Origin: Octopus vulgaris
Taxonomy: Eukaryota
Reading direction: 5' to 3'
NCBI GenBank assembly: GCA_951406725.2
Contig: OX597821.1
Span: forward strand, 3,844,001 to 3,908,000
Length of the DNA: 64,000 bases
Positions 26,137 to 41,050 of the stretch are shown here, in pieces; positions within the stretch are counted from its first letter, which is position 1; every line of letters starts with the position of its first letter. Position numbers and translations under genes: made by a program. The notes below the pieces were generated by a model. The model worked only from the letters and a program-made list of their open reading frames with translations. It did no database searches and had not been told where the DNA came from.

Positions 26137-27561
26137 CTTTAACCTATATATACGGATCAAGGAAGTGTTAGTTGTTGGGTGGTTGTTAAAGTAACACAAC
26201 AAAATCAAATATCTAAGAATGGACAATGCAAAAATATGAAAACAAATTGAAGGGTATAGAAATACAATTATAGAAAGGGAATAGAGAAATATTGTGCTAA
26301 GACATAAATCGTAAGTATAAACTGTCTCGAATATTATTCTGCCATTAAGTAACAGATAATGTTTTTTAGAGATCACACGTGAACGTAAACAAAGAAATGA
26401 AAAAGAAAAAAAAAACAATTACAGGAAATTATTTTCGATATCTGTTTCATAACGTGTCGGAAATAGTCGATTCCTGAGAGAGAGAGAGAGAGAACGAGAG
26501 AGGGAGAGAGAGAGCAAGTGAAAAGGAGTGAGAGAGGGTGAGGGAGAAAGAGGAGTGCTAATTATAGTCATGTATATGAATAGTTAATAGCCAGTGGCAC
26601 AATACACCAAGACAATTTGCTACTGACCGTGTTCGAAAAATGAATAACGCACTCAGGTTACGTATAATGTAAATCGTAGACAATTGGATATCGTGTACTG
26701 AACTGCACTGAATAAACTTAACGCTAATAATACGATTATAGTATTGATAAAACTGCTTGTATCTGCGAACGCTTATGTTTGTGTTTTGGTTTATATACAT
26801 ATATACATACTCATATAAAAACATACAAGCAATGCTTGTGTGAGTATTTGTTGCCCTATGTAAGTATATATATGTATGTGAAGGTTTCTTTTGGTGTATT
26901 TGTTTTAGAGCTTTATGTCACGAAATGCTTAATAATCCGGGTTGTCACAGATGTTAAATCCTAATAAATGACTCCTAAATTGTGATTCCTTGATGCGAAT
27001 AGGTGTAGGCCTGTGTCGACTAATTATCAACGTACAAAAAATAGCTACTTTAACAAGTTAAAATTAAATCTTTGCTTTGCTAAGATTAGCAAGAAATTAC
27101 TGGAGGTAAACAGGCATTGTGCAGGTTTGTTTGAAGCTCGTTCTGTAATAATAGAATTGACATGAAGATAAATCTTAATAGCAAGAACAAAGAAAATAAT
27201 TAAATATATTGCTCGACAATTCGATACACGACTATAGAATATGGGATGCTTATTTTGATTGAAGAATATCCGTTATTCGATTGCGGTAGTGACGAATATG
27301 TAAGGAAATAGAACTGGAGAGGAGCAACTGTATTCATGATGATCAGTGACAAGGCACTGTCTATGTATTTGGTTCTTAATCTCTCTCACCGGTAACACTA
27401 AATGCATACAAACAGATAGACATGGAATGCGTAACATACGGTACAAGCACACTAAAGGGCACGCGAATCGAGTCATACACATACATATACATACATACAC
27501 ATACATACATATATATCTGTGTGTGTATGTGCGTGTGTGTGCGTCTGTGTGCATATTTATT

Positions 27562-27598
<37 letters not shown>

Positions 27599-27664
27599 GT
27601 ATGCATATATATATATGTGTGTGTGTGTATTTATACATACACACACACACACACACACATATAC

Positions 27665-27702
<38 letters not shown>

Positions 27703-27724
27703 GTATATATATACATACATATAC

Positions 27725-27756
<32 letters not shown>

Positions 27757-27802
27757 ATTTATACATACACATATATATATATACATATACTTATACATAT
27801 AC

Positions 27803-27859
<57 letters not shown>

Positions 27860-28099
27860 TATATTTGCGCAGATAATGTGTGCCCTACTGGAGGCAGTTC
27901 TACGACCACCCACTCTGAAATCCCAAGCCTATAGAGGCTTATACAACATACTCAAATAGCCACCTTCATAAATGTGATATCTGACGCTGACCAAACATTC
28001 GCCCACACAAAGTACCTTCGCTAGTGTGTGCTATAGAAATAAAATCTGAGATAAATTTTGTTTGTTTGTTTTTGCTTTAAGTGACTTAATTCGTCTGAA

Positions 28100-29050
28100 T
28101 TATCTATATGCGTAGTAGCTCTTTCTCCAGAGTAACATTCTCGCGTCTTCTTCCATGCAAGCAATTAATAGCTTTTAAATGCAAAGCATGTAAAATCATC
28201 GGAGGATTCTTGTGAATGAGATGTGTCGCCCAAACGATATACACAGGAGACCAAAGTCTGTTTACGGAAATTGACGCAATTGTACAGATGGAAATTAAAA
28301 GAAAGGAAAACTGCCATCGTTCAAAAGTCAAGCACACACATTACCAGCGTGTGTACGCATTGCTTCGCACAGACCTATGAGTCTGTGGGCGTGCTGCACA
28401 GATGAACTCTGTTCAAAATTCTTGACAGGAGATACTGGAAGAATTTCGGCATGGAGATGTTGTTGCAAAGACGATAAACCGGCGGCTGACAATGAGTTTG
28501 ATGTAGAGAACGATAATAGTCTGCTGTTGTTTCCTGGAACATCTTGTAGCGGATGAAGGGTGACAGAATGAAAGAGAATGGATTTTGTGATTCGGAAACG
28601 AAGGTTTTGTCCGCTGAATAGTGTTGATTCTCTCTTGCAGGAACTAAGAGGTTCGAAACTGAGTGATAATTGCAGGATGACATGGAGATTACTTGCAGTG
28701 ACAAGCCCTACATTCACGATGAGTTCTTGGCATGTGTTTGTACTATGAACAGCAATTGGTGTTTTAAAGCATACGTTACAGCAATATATTAAAAGGAAAG
28801 GACAGGAGTAGAAGCTGAAAACACTCAAATGCGTGACCATACAAAACATGGCGGCAAATACGAGAATCTGAAATTTGCACAGGTGATTTGAACCCAATCC
28901 ACTTCACAGACAAGACTTGCCGCCTTTCGACTTTCTCTTGATCGGACTAATGAAGAATTATTAATCATAAGAAAACAAGGGAAACAAGGAAAACAAGGAT
29001 TTGATGACAGAGACGAGTTGTGAGTGACTGTGAGAAAGTGGCTACAGATG
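28100..29050 (+). pseudogene. Heavily decayed mariner transposase
   Basis: 28896-28958 translates NPLHRQDLPPFDFLLIGLMKN (compare HPPYSPDLAPSDFHLFGPLK), followed by FDDRDEL*VTVRKWLQ. Upstream is NHRRILVNEM. Confidence 0.65.
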
Positions 29051-29257
29051 TGTATAATGGTAATTCTTTATATTATTTACTGAGAACAATCATAATTGTA
29101 AATTTATTCATAATTGTCTACTTTTCTCTTATGAAAAACTTGTTTGATTGCATGTTTTGACCACTGGTATATGCATAAATAATTCTTCCTAATGTACTTT
29201 TACATTCCCCATTTTATTATTATTATTATGATTATTGTTATTATTATTATTATTATT

Positions 29258-29300
<43 letters not shown>

Positions 29301-29302
<2 letters not shown>

Positions 29303-29462
29303 GTGGTCTTCTTTCAGTTTCCGTCTATCAAATCCACTCGCAAGGCTTTGGTCAGCCCGACGCTATAGTAGCAGACACTAGCAGACACTTACACAAGGTT
29401 CCACTCAGTGGGACTGACCCAGAAACCTTGTAGTTTGGAAGCAATCTTTTTACCACAAAACC
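29301..29462 (-). mobile_element. SINE family B 5' fragment
   Basis: tctttcagtttccgtctatcaaatccactcgcaaggctttggtc...cagtgggactga. Confidence 0.8.
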
Positions 29463-29838
29463 GCGGACAAATTTCGTTTGGAGAAATGGTGTACACCGCC
29501 CTCTCTGGATTGAGCAAACATTGTACCTCTGTCTGCTGACTCATACTCCAACAGTCGGCTTTGATATGGCTTTGTTTTCAAAGCGGACATAACTCAAAAT
29601 GTCTTTTCTTTTTCCTTCTTCGTTTTTTATCTTTGCATCCACCATTTCATTTTGTTTCCCGTGATTTACCTTGTTCTAGCGCCCTGAATTGCAAATTGTA
29701 CAAGCCATTTGCTCAAAGCCTAATCATTGCTAAGAGAACCAAGGCGTGTTATTAAAATTTACCTGGACTACATCTCCACCTCATGAACCTATTAGTGTCT
29801 TGTAAGTTTATAGTCTGCACAGTAAATGAATTTATATA

Positions 29839-29913
<75 letters not shown>

Positions 29914-30079
29914 CACACATATATATATATATATATAAAAAAAATATATACACACACATATATACAAACATACATAGATATATACATATACATATATGTA
30001 TGTTTCTATGTATGTATATGCATTTAGTGATACCTACAAATGCACACACATAAAGATACATACACACATACATGCATAC

Positions 30080-30111
<32 letters not shown>

Positions 30112-30127
30112 TTATATATGCGTGTGT

Positions 30128-30172
<45 letters not shown>

Positions 30173-30230
30173 ATTATATATATATACATACATAAATATG
30201 CATACGTTTCAATACACATAAAAGAAGTAT

Positions 30231-30276
<46 letters not shown>

Positions 30277-31055
30277 GTGTGTCTGCGCGTAGGTGTGTTA
30301 GTGGTGTGGTCTCTCAGCCTAACGTTTCAACAGAGCATAAATATAATGAAAATTCAAAAAGGAAATGAATTGAATAATTTACACGATGTATGCGACTACC
30401 ATATGATATAATTAGCGATCATTCAATAATTTTGAATCTTGAAGATTATTGAACTGATGAAAATCTATCTCGTATCTGTCTCAGAATTAATAAATAAATA
30501 AATAAATAAATAAATGAACAAATTTAATAAATAAATAAAACCAAAAGCAGAAGAAAGTGTAACTTTAATTATTATTTAGATTCAAACGTTCGATCATTCG
30601 GGTCAACGGAATTGTATTATAGACATGTATCGTGATATGAAGCGACATATAATTGTCATATTGTCTCTTCATGTCTTGGCGTTTTGAGACGTAGAAGTTT
30701 TACGACTTTTATAAGTGATTGCTAATGCTTAATTCTAATTGGTTTCACGCTAAGTTGAAGATGGAGGTTGGTTGAACGCTGGTCTGTTTTAATATTCCAA
30801 TATTTTAATGTGTTTTTAACAGTTGCAAAAAAATGTAATTTTCTAAATTGAATTTGCAATTCAAGTTGCCTATTTGCAATAACATTTATCAAAGAAAATA
30901 TCAAAAATTTTGTTTTTTTCTTTTTACTTCCTTATGCATATATAAATAAATACATACACACACATGCATACCGACATTCTAAGCTATGCACGCTTATGTA
31001 TATGCATGCGTACATACATACATATATATATGTACATATGTACGCATATATGTGA

Positions 31056-31580
<525 letters not shown>

Positions 31581-31886
31581 TATGTACGCATATATGTGAA
31601 TATATATGTGTGTATTTTATATAGGAGATTTTTGTGAATGTATATATGTGCATATATTTAATAAATATCTTATCTCAGCATTTAATCATACAGGCAATCA
31701 TACACAGTAATATATACATCCGATCACGCAGCCCACGCATGCATATATGTAATATACATGTACTAATATATATATATATATATATATAACGGGAAGCTTT
31801 ATGGAAATAAACAAAAGACGAAGGCAGGTGGAAAACAAACGAACAATTGTATTAGTATGGCGCTCAGGAAATATAAATAAAACAAG

Positions 31887-31924
31887 TCTTTAACGTTTCG
31901 AGCCTACGCTCTTCAACAGAAAGA
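31887..31924 (-). ncRNA. Variant minimal hammerhead motif in a 210-bp element (31789-31999) between (TA)n tracts
   Basis: Reverse complement: tcttt-CTGTTGA-a-gagc gtag gctc-GAAA-cg-TT-aaaga. Stems I and II are perfect; the core is non-canonical. Confidence 0.6.
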
Positions 31925-32025
31925 TACACAGAGAGAGAAAAACACAGAAAGAAGGAGAGAAAAAAAATGCGTGCAGTAGCTAACGAATCAACATGGCGAT
32001 ATATATATATATATATATATATATA

Positions 32026-32167
32026 GGCGCAGGACTGGCTGTGTGGTGAGAAGCTTGGTTCCCAACAACTCGGCTCGGGTTCCGTGCGTGGCACCTTCGG
32101 AATGTGTCCTCTGCTATGGCGTCGGGTCACCTAAAGTGAGTGGATTTGGTAGGCAGAAACTGAAAAA

Positions 32168-32217
<50 letters not shown>

Positions 32218-32452
32218 TGTGTGTGAGTGTGTGTATGCATGTATGTATTTGTGTGTCTTTGTTTGTCCCCCCCATTATAGCCTGAGAACCGATGTTGGTG
32301 TGCTTATATCCCGTAACATGGCCGTTCGTTCTGCAAAAGATATCGATAGAATATGTACAAGGCTTACAAAGAATAAGACCTGTTTTCGATTTATTCGGCT
32401 AAAGGGCTCTGTCTCAGCATAGCCGTAGTCAAATGACTGAAACAAGTAAAAG
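32026..32452 (+). mobile_element. SINE family B copy
   Basis: ggcgcaggactggctgtgtggtgag...tgactgaaacaagtaaaag, between (TA)n tracts. Confidence 0.85.
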
Positions 32453-32455
32453 ATT

Positions 32456-32513
<58 letters not shown>

Positions 32514-34124
32514 GTAGAAACACACATATAAATGTAAGAGCAATGTTATCGAAAATTAGAAACAATGGCACATATCTCTATTCATACCTTCTGAATGGTA
32601 TTTTCGAATGTAACTACACGCTTAACAGGATTCCTCTGGCTTCAGTTTAGAAGTAGATTTGGGGAAATTTCTCATACGAAACGCTAAGTCATAGTGATAA
32701 GAAAAACATTCTGAAAACGAGACGGGCGACATTGCATATATGAACAAGGACAGAAAAATCGTAATCCAGTGTATACGAAATTACGACAATAGGTATCGTA
32801 TGACACAATTTTTTTATCTAGTGGCGTAACGAAAACAATGTAGGAAGTAAGTTGATTTTCTTGCTGAAAGAAATTCAAACATAAATACCGGTTAAAATGC
32901 CAAAGAATATTTGGGAGAAATTTGCATGCATTTCTGAAATAAGATGACAGCTACGAAAGAGCCAAGACAAAAACAAAAAATAACAACAAACCCAAAAGAG
33001 AAACGAAAGACGATGGAATAGCACAGTTTTCTAACTAAGAGACGTGAGAACATGACAGCTTCAGATAACTTAATGTATAGCCTATTTCATGCCTGACTCG
33101 AAAAGCCGTAGGAAATCGCGAATCGGAAACATATTAAGAGATAGAAACGAATGACATACAAAGAAAAGGTAGAAGACTAAATGAGAGAAAGCACATGTAT
33201 TCATATCTATCTATCTCACTCACTCTCTCTGTCTGTATGTCTGTCTTTCTCTCTCTCTATCTCTCTCTCTATATATATATATATACCAACATATCTCTCT
33301 TTCTCTCTTTTATATATATATATATATACTCTTCCTATGTACTCTCCTGTTCGACTTTTGGACTTTACTCATAGGACATTGGAATATTGCATATATATCA
33401 TGATGCCTAAAAAATGGATTCACAACTTCAATACCCCTACTTGTCTTGCATCTATTTTCCTTCCTCCACCTTACTCTCCATTTTGTATCGCATCTAAACT
33501 AACTATGACAACTATCCTCTCAAACCGTCTCCAGACAAGGGTTATAATTAATAAATATCCTAGAAACAGCTGTAAGACTTATCAAGCTCTAATATAAGAC
33601 TTATCAAGCTCTAATATCTACACAGACTTGGTTTTATTATCTTACGGAATAAAAATTCCGGCATAACAGAGGTTCATATTATTGTCAATGAAGAAATATA
33701 TTTTAATTTAGTAGGCCCCTACATCTCACCATATAAAAATAATTTTTATTTATCCTTTAAACACCTTCCGATGGACTTCAGTATACATAATCTTACGAAC
33801 TGTACTTTGATCAATCAGTATGCGGCTTAGATGTCTCGCAGATTGGTGAGCGCACCAACTAAGCTCCAACTGTATTCCCACCAATCAAGACGTGGGTTAG
33901 ATCCAAATGATTCGTGAACGCGCCAAATTGGTTAGCAGTTACCCTCCTTTTTCCATTGAAATCTATTGCTACTATTCTTACAGTTTGCCAGAAATTTTAC
34001 GGCGGTGCATCAGCATGACCCCAACTATGAGCTGAGATTACGGAAAAAATTCAATTGGGTCAATGTTGTTATGGTTACTACTACTACCATCATCGCCATC
34101 ACGTTCATTAATATTGTCTTCAGT

Positions 34125-34185
<61 letters not shown>

Positions 34186-34282
34186 CGTAGGTGAGTTGAG
34201 TATAGAAATTCGGGGTGAGTACTTGATAATTATAAGCACCTGTGTATACCGTTTGGTGGTGTAGGTGGTGGAAAATTGATCA

Positions 34283-34326
<44 letters not shown>

Positions 34327-34497
34327 ATATATATTTCACATAAATGTGAAACAAGGTGGAAAAAAAGAGTATATATATATATACTTTATGTCAATAACGT
34401 AATGTCAATAACGCTATTGACATAAAGCATATTACTCTACTACTGGTATTTGAGTACTCTTTTTTTCCACCTTGTTTCACATTTATGTGTTTACTCC

Positions 34498-34544
<47 letters not shown>

Positions 34545-34547
<3 letters not shown>

Positions 34548-34868
34548 CAAAACATGGACGGTGCTGAGTTATCAAACAACTTAAAATTTTCTCAAAACAA
34601 CTTGTCCAACCGTCGCATAGGCCTCCCCTTTGAGAAAGAATGATTTAGCCTAAATTTGAGACACCGGCAAAATAAGACATAAAGATAGACATTTTTTCTA
34701 TTCCAAAGAAAAACAATTTTATTCACTTTATCGATCATATTCTCACCTGGAATCGATTTTTGTAATACCGTCGGTATCTTCATATCAAATTTGGGCGCAA
34801 TCCGATGGAGGATGCCCGAGATCCTAGAAGACACGCACACACAGAACGGATTTTATATAATATATTAG
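34545..34868 (-). mobile_element. Possible non-autonomous Helitron-like element
   Basis: The minus-strand start ctaatatattatataaaatcc...tgtgtgtgcgtgtc and the block aaatttgggcgcaatccgat resemble non-autonomous Helitron layouts. The 3' hairpin/CTAG was not confirmed. Confidence 0.35.
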
Positions 34869-35071
34869 GAAGTTGATTTGATCGTCATAGAGTGACCATT
34901 GGTTTCGCGCCTATAAAGTGACACATCATACTCAAAAGGCGGAAGGCCAACAACCCTCAACCATTTGAGTCTGACGAATCGCTAATCGTTTTGTAAGTGA
35001 GGAAGCAATGGTTCTTATCTTTCGGATACCTGAATTGCTGACATATATATGTCTACACACACACACACACA

Positions 35072-35127
<56 letters not shown>

Positions 35128-35284
35128 CACATGTAGTGATAGAATAGGCTCCCGATATTTTCTGAGAAATCTGTGGGCAACGCCGTTCTTCTTGGCGAAA
35201 GATGTTCTAACATTAAACTGACGTATAATCGCCGATCATCTTGAAAAACCGTTCATTGGAACCTACTTTTATAGTCGACAGACT

Positions 35285-35484
35285 TACTCTTCCACTCTTT
35301 CACATGTTTCAGTCATTTGACTGTGGCCATGCTGGAGTATTGCCTTTAGTCGAGCAAATCTTATTCTTTGTAAGCCTGGTACTGATTCTATCAGTCTCTT
35401 TTGCCGAACCGGTAAGTTATGGAGATATAAACACACCACCATCTGTTGTCGGGTTATGTTGGGGGGACAAACACAGAAACACAA

Positions 35485-35561
<77 letters not shown>

Positions 35562-35731
35562 CATACATATATACGAAGGGCTTTTTCAGCTTCCCTCTAA
35601 TACATCCACTCATAAGGCTTTGGTCGGCCCGAGGCTACAGCAGAAGACATTTGCCCAAGGTGCCACGCAGTGGGACTGAACCCGGAACCATGTGGCTTGC
35701 AAGCAAGCAACTTGCCACACAACCACTCCTG
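35285..35731 (-). mobile_element. SINE family B copy
   Basis: Reverse complement of 31163-31580 over its full length. Confidence 0.88.
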
Positions 35732-36258
35732 TAAAATTACCATACAAGCTTTCCTCGCTAAAACCCAGTCTCGTCCAGATACCCTGCTGCTGTTTAATTT
35801 CTTGAACAGATTCGTGTTGTATAAAGTCCTATGGTGGTCGATGCGTTCAATGAAAACGCATAACCATTCACTTGTAAATATGAAATTAAGCCAGAGCAAT
35901 TTGTCTCAGTTTGAAACGGTTATCAGGTAGCATGATGAGGCAATCAAAATCGCAATTATGTATATTTATAAAGATACACACACGCACACACACATATATA
36001 TAATTATAATTGAGGGTATATAAGAGATACCACCACACTAGAAATAACAGCCAAAACTTGACTCTGAAACCACATTAAATGTTCATACGGCACCAGGAGA
36101 GAAGACAGGAAGACGAAATAAACCATGAAAAAAATGCTGGATAATTCCAGATCCCGGATTTCTGACGCTGCTTTAGAAATGCTTTGCCTTTGAAAGTTTT
36201 TATTACTATGCTGAGAACTTGATACGATCGATATCTAAATAACGATCATATCCTTATT

Positions 36259-36329
<71 letters not shown>

Positions 36330-37010
36330 ACATATACTTATATAAATACATATATATTTACATATGCATAAGATATATCATGTGTATGCGTGTTTGTGTG
36401 TGTGCGTATGTATATGCACGCGCGCGTATACGAAGCATGCTTTCTTCATACTTGTGTTGAGAAATAGATATGTATGGAAAACCATGCAGGCAGGTTTAGA
36501 AAAATCTGTGTATTTAACCTACGTACTTTGTCTGCGTATGTTTGAATAGGTGTGTGTGTGTGTGTGTGTGTGTGTTTTGTGACCACGTCATGCTATATTG
36601 CATTTCTGAATTTGTCTATCTGTGCTTACATGGACTTGCATATGCAGAACACAGAACACAGCATAATATCTACAATTCAATGTAGAAATTACAAAATTAA
36701 TGGGGATATGGTCTATACAAATTGATCACCTGCTGATACTTTATCTAAGGACGCAACCGGTTTCAAATACTTTCACGTTAGAGATGAGAAACGTAGGTAT
36801 CAGCAGGTGAACAGCAGGGTGGATATAGTGTCTCCAAGTAAGTCATTGAGCCACAGAACAAATAACTAAACCAACAATTGAGGATATCAGTTACCGTAGC
36901 AGCTGCGTGAGTATAGAGAAAATTTATCGCAATTATCATGAATGTATGCATCAAACACACACTGTTCTCTTTTAATGAAATGTCTTTCAATCAATATTTC
37001 TATTAAAGGA

Positions 37011-37222
<212 letters not shown>

Positions 37223-37227
37223 GATAA

Positions 37228-37505
37228 TACTCATTTACTCTTTTACTTGTTTCAGTCATTTGATTGCACCCATGCTGAAGCACCGCCTTTATAGTCAAGC
37301 AAATCGACCCCAGGACTTATTCGTTGTAAGCCTAGTACTTATTCTATTGTGCTCATTTGCCGAACCGCTAAGTTACGTGTATATAACACACCACCACCGG
37401 TTGCTCAAATCCGTCTACCAAATCCACTCACAAGGTTTTAGTTGGCCCGTTCCTATAGTAGAAGACACCTGTCCTAGCTACTTACCTCACATCCATTCCT
37501 GCGCC
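37228..37505 (-). mobile_element. SINE family B copy lacking the internal microsatellite, inserted in (AAT)n
   Basis: cttttacttgtttcagtcatttga...ccgtctaccaaatccactcacaagg...cctgcgcc, flanked by AAT/GAT repeats. Confidence 0.8.
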
Positions 37506-37537
37506 TTTAAATGATGATGATGATGATAATAATAATA

Positions 37538-37586
<49 letters not shown>

Positions 37587-38533
37587 TAATAATAATATTG
37601 ATGATGATGATAACACAACAATAATAATATATTAATAACAATATATTTTAGTCGGTTGTCAGGTGATGTAAGATTGATGGATAAAAATTACTAAATGAAT
37701 ATTTTTTTTACATCAAAATATAGAGGCTATTAATCATTGAAACAGTTTATTGTAATTCATCATAAATATGTCGGATATTTACTTCCAGTGAAATATTTTT
37801 ACTCCGCGATGGATTACAAAGTAATGTCTGGAATTCGAAAGCAATAAGATAACCCGACCCGGTGTGTTATGGTTACTCTCATTAGGCATCACATAAAAGA
37901 GCCAATGGATGCCAGCGTAAGAAAGTATATATGATTGCCGTATTTGCTATAAATAATAGCGAAAGCGAAATTTCGCTTAAAAAGGGAAATTTCATGTTGG
38001 ATAAATATATTGTTAGGAAACATCTGAACCGTAATTGTAATTAAGCCTCCTCGAAACTTTAAACAATTGCCTCAGGTGTGTAATACATTTATGTAAACCG
38101 CCAGAAGTACTGCGTTGTTGCATGGAAACCTCTGCACGCAATGATAATAACGATGATGGTCTTAAATTTTGGTATAAGACAAGAAATTATTAAAGGGTGG
38201 TCTTAGTGGATTGCATTCACACCAGTGCTCAGCGGGTATGAAATTCAGTGGCGTGGACATGAGGAAAGGAATAGTTGACATCACCGAAACTTGAAGACAC
38301 AACGTAAAAAGCCGAAATAATTTTCGTGAAGCATTTTGCCGATACTTAAAAAAAATCTACAAATCTGCCTGCTCACCACCCTATATTGGTTACTAATTTA
38401 GGCACACGGACTGTAACTTTGAGGAATTAAGTGCAGGACATAAGGACGGGTGAAATGACCCGAAACATTAGAACCATTATGCACGGCGGGGTACCCGTTT
38501 TCCAATCTATTCGCCTTGTTTCCCCACACTATA

Positions 38534-38727
38534 TGAGGTGAGTGCTGAAAATTTGTTGGCTTTAAGGCCCAACACTTCGGTTCTTTTACGGCATTTGGAA
38601 AAACTGATGTCCCACTGCAATAGATGTGTGAATCTGAGATGGGGATATGTGGAATAAAATCATAATTAACTGATGCACACATTAGTTTATTTTTACCCAA
38701 AGCCAGAAACTATGGAACATCCCATCG
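38534..38727 (+). mobile_element. Mariner deletion derivative (MITE-like) retaining both TIRs
   Basis: TA-tgaggtgagtgctgaaaatttgttggcttt ... aaagccagaaactatggaacatcccatcg-TA. Internal HCNRCVNLRWGYVE* matches the mariner C-terminus. Confidence 0.7.
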
Positions 38728-38731
38728 TATT

Positions 38732-38908
38732 ACAGTTCTATATTTAAGAGATGAACGATTATGAACATTATTTACATTATTTACATTATTTAAATTTGTC
38801 CTCATCTTTTTGATGTTAACACAACGTTTCGGCTGATATATCCTCCAGCATTCATGAGGTGCCTTGGGAGATTTTCGAACCTGGGTTCTTATTCTTAAGG
38901 TTTTTTGA

Positions 38909-38910
<2 letters not shown>
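38732..38910 (-). mobile_element. Hammerhead-bearing repeat module, core mutated (motif at 38818-38863)
   Basis: Reverse complement: ggcac-CTcATGA-atgctg...cagcc-GAAA-cg-TT-gtgtt. Same family as 58640. Confidence 0.7.
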
Positions 38911-38989
<79 letters not shown>

Positions 38990-39000
38990 CATCATCATCA

Positions 39001-39061
<61 letters not shown>

Positions 39062-39317
39062 GTAGTGAACGATATTTCGGCATCTTTTGTGTCTTCAACT
39101 GGTTCAAAAAATAATTTTGCCAATCCACTTCATTCTGGTTAATATATAAAGGATTGAGGAAAATTCCTCCTGATGTCGAAATATAGTTCGCTAGATAACA
39201 ATGGCATTCTGCTTTTAATTTTGACTCTATATCTTCAGGAGGAGTTACCTCAATCCTTTCGATATTATTATTGTTATTATTATTACTATTATTATTATTA
39301 TTATTATTATTATTGTT

Positions 39318-39398
<81 letters not shown>

Positions 39399-39955
39399 GA
39401 GTGAGAGAGCAGTTCATGCCATCAAAGTGACACTGGGGTAAAATATACGAAGCCCAATATACCCATCATGACTACCCGTCTGATAAGGGTACACCAGGCA
39501 CATGCATCACAACCATACGTGCGCGACATGGTAATCTCATATCAAGATAAGCAGCACATGACCTTGCAGGTGGGGCCCAGTTAGAATTTTCTTCAGGTTG
39601 AGTAGCCCATCCCGCTCAAAAGGTCCCTGAATAAGGGTTGTTTAAGGATGTTGAACGAACCACCCATGTTTCCAGAGGTGAATTATTCAAACCCCAAAGA
39701 ATCCCTCTCAACACCCGGCTATGATGCTCCCCCACTACTTCTGCTCGTGATCAGAGATGCACATATCGTCAGCCACTAAGGGACATGCTCAACTGGCTAA
39801 GGTGAAACAACTGACAAGCAAATCTGTGGTATTGAGCAGAATATTTGCTGTAGCCCATCTTTTATACTAAGACAAAACAATGTACATGATAACACTTCCA
39901 ATCAGTTAAGATCAGAAGCTATGAGAGCCACTGCCTGGTACTGCATCAGGGCATT
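39399..39955 (-). mobile_element. About 555-bp non-coding repeat inserted in (AAT)n
   Basis: Sharp boundaries inside (ATT)n on both sides, raised GC, no ORF. A diverged fragment lies at about 24701-24775 in the opposite orientation. Confidence 0.7.
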
Positions 39956-40090
39956 TATTATTATTATTACTTTTTTTTCTTCTTTCAAATTTTCTTCCAT
40001 TTCTTGCCGAGTGTCTAGGGCAAAGAAACTCATAGTATACATTGGTAAGCCATTAAACCAAACTCAGTAGTTCGTTTATTTTTTTTTTAA

Positions 40091-40157
<67 letters not shown>

Positions 40158-40197
40158 GATTATAATTATTGTCGCTGTTGTTGTTGTTGTTGTTATT

Positions 40198-40274
40198 CAG
40201 GTTGTTATGGAATTGAACTCGGAATCTTGGGATTAGTAGCCCCCGCTCTTAACCACTACGGCATATGCCCGTGG
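40198..40274 (-). mobile_element. Short tRNA-like SINE head running into an (AAC)n/(AAT)n tract
   Basis: Reverse complement: gggcatatgccgtagtggttaagagcgggggctactaatcccaagattccgagttcaattcc, with A and B boxes. Confidence 0.75.
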
Positions 40275-41050
40275 TATTGTTTGAGATATTGGCTGAAGAT
40301 CAGTCATTTAAGAGAGTGGTTTTGTTGATTATATCGAACTCAGAACAACTTCTCTGGTTCTTCATTCTATCGAATCAGTAAAATGTAATGGCGAACTTTG
40401 AACTCGGCATTTTGTCCAACATTTTAACGAACCTTCTTGACGTCTTTTCCTTCACTGATATGTAATAAAACCTAATTCTTCTGATAATTATATGCTAATA
40501 ATTTGAAAGTGTTTATCACCTGCAAATGGTTAGCAACCTATCTCCTATGTGTATGGCAAGTTATTAAGTATAGAGAGAAATCGATCCTTCCTAGCACTTC
40601 ATGTAATCTTCATAAATAAAAACTGAAAAAACAGACGATGAATGAAATCCAGATATAGGTAGCAAAATTGCTCTGAATTATTTTTCTCTTAGGAAAAGAG
40701 ACAAATCGAAGACAAACTTTCAAGAAAGCAATTACTAAAAGTTTACCAAAGTACTTGTAATCGAAAGGTTTAATAAAAAGGAAAAATGATATTTAAATAT
40801 TCATATTTAGTATTCATAATCGAGTATAAACTGCCCCAAATGAAATCAATATCAGAAAATGCCAATAATAAAGATAATGTACAGATACTACAGCAAGAGC
40901 AACGCTAAAAACAAAATTATTTTTCTGAGGCGTCTTTACATGGCTAACTATATGAAGTCAGAAGTGAACGTTCCAATACAATCCACTATATTTCAAGTAT
41001 ACGCTCTATAACATTGCTTAACGTTATGTAAAAACGACTCCCTAACACAC

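Noticed and set aside
39895-39950. Short resemblance to U2 snRNA (atcagtt...cctggtactgca)
   Set aside because: Only two short patches match, with wrong spacing and no Sm site or branch-point pairing region.
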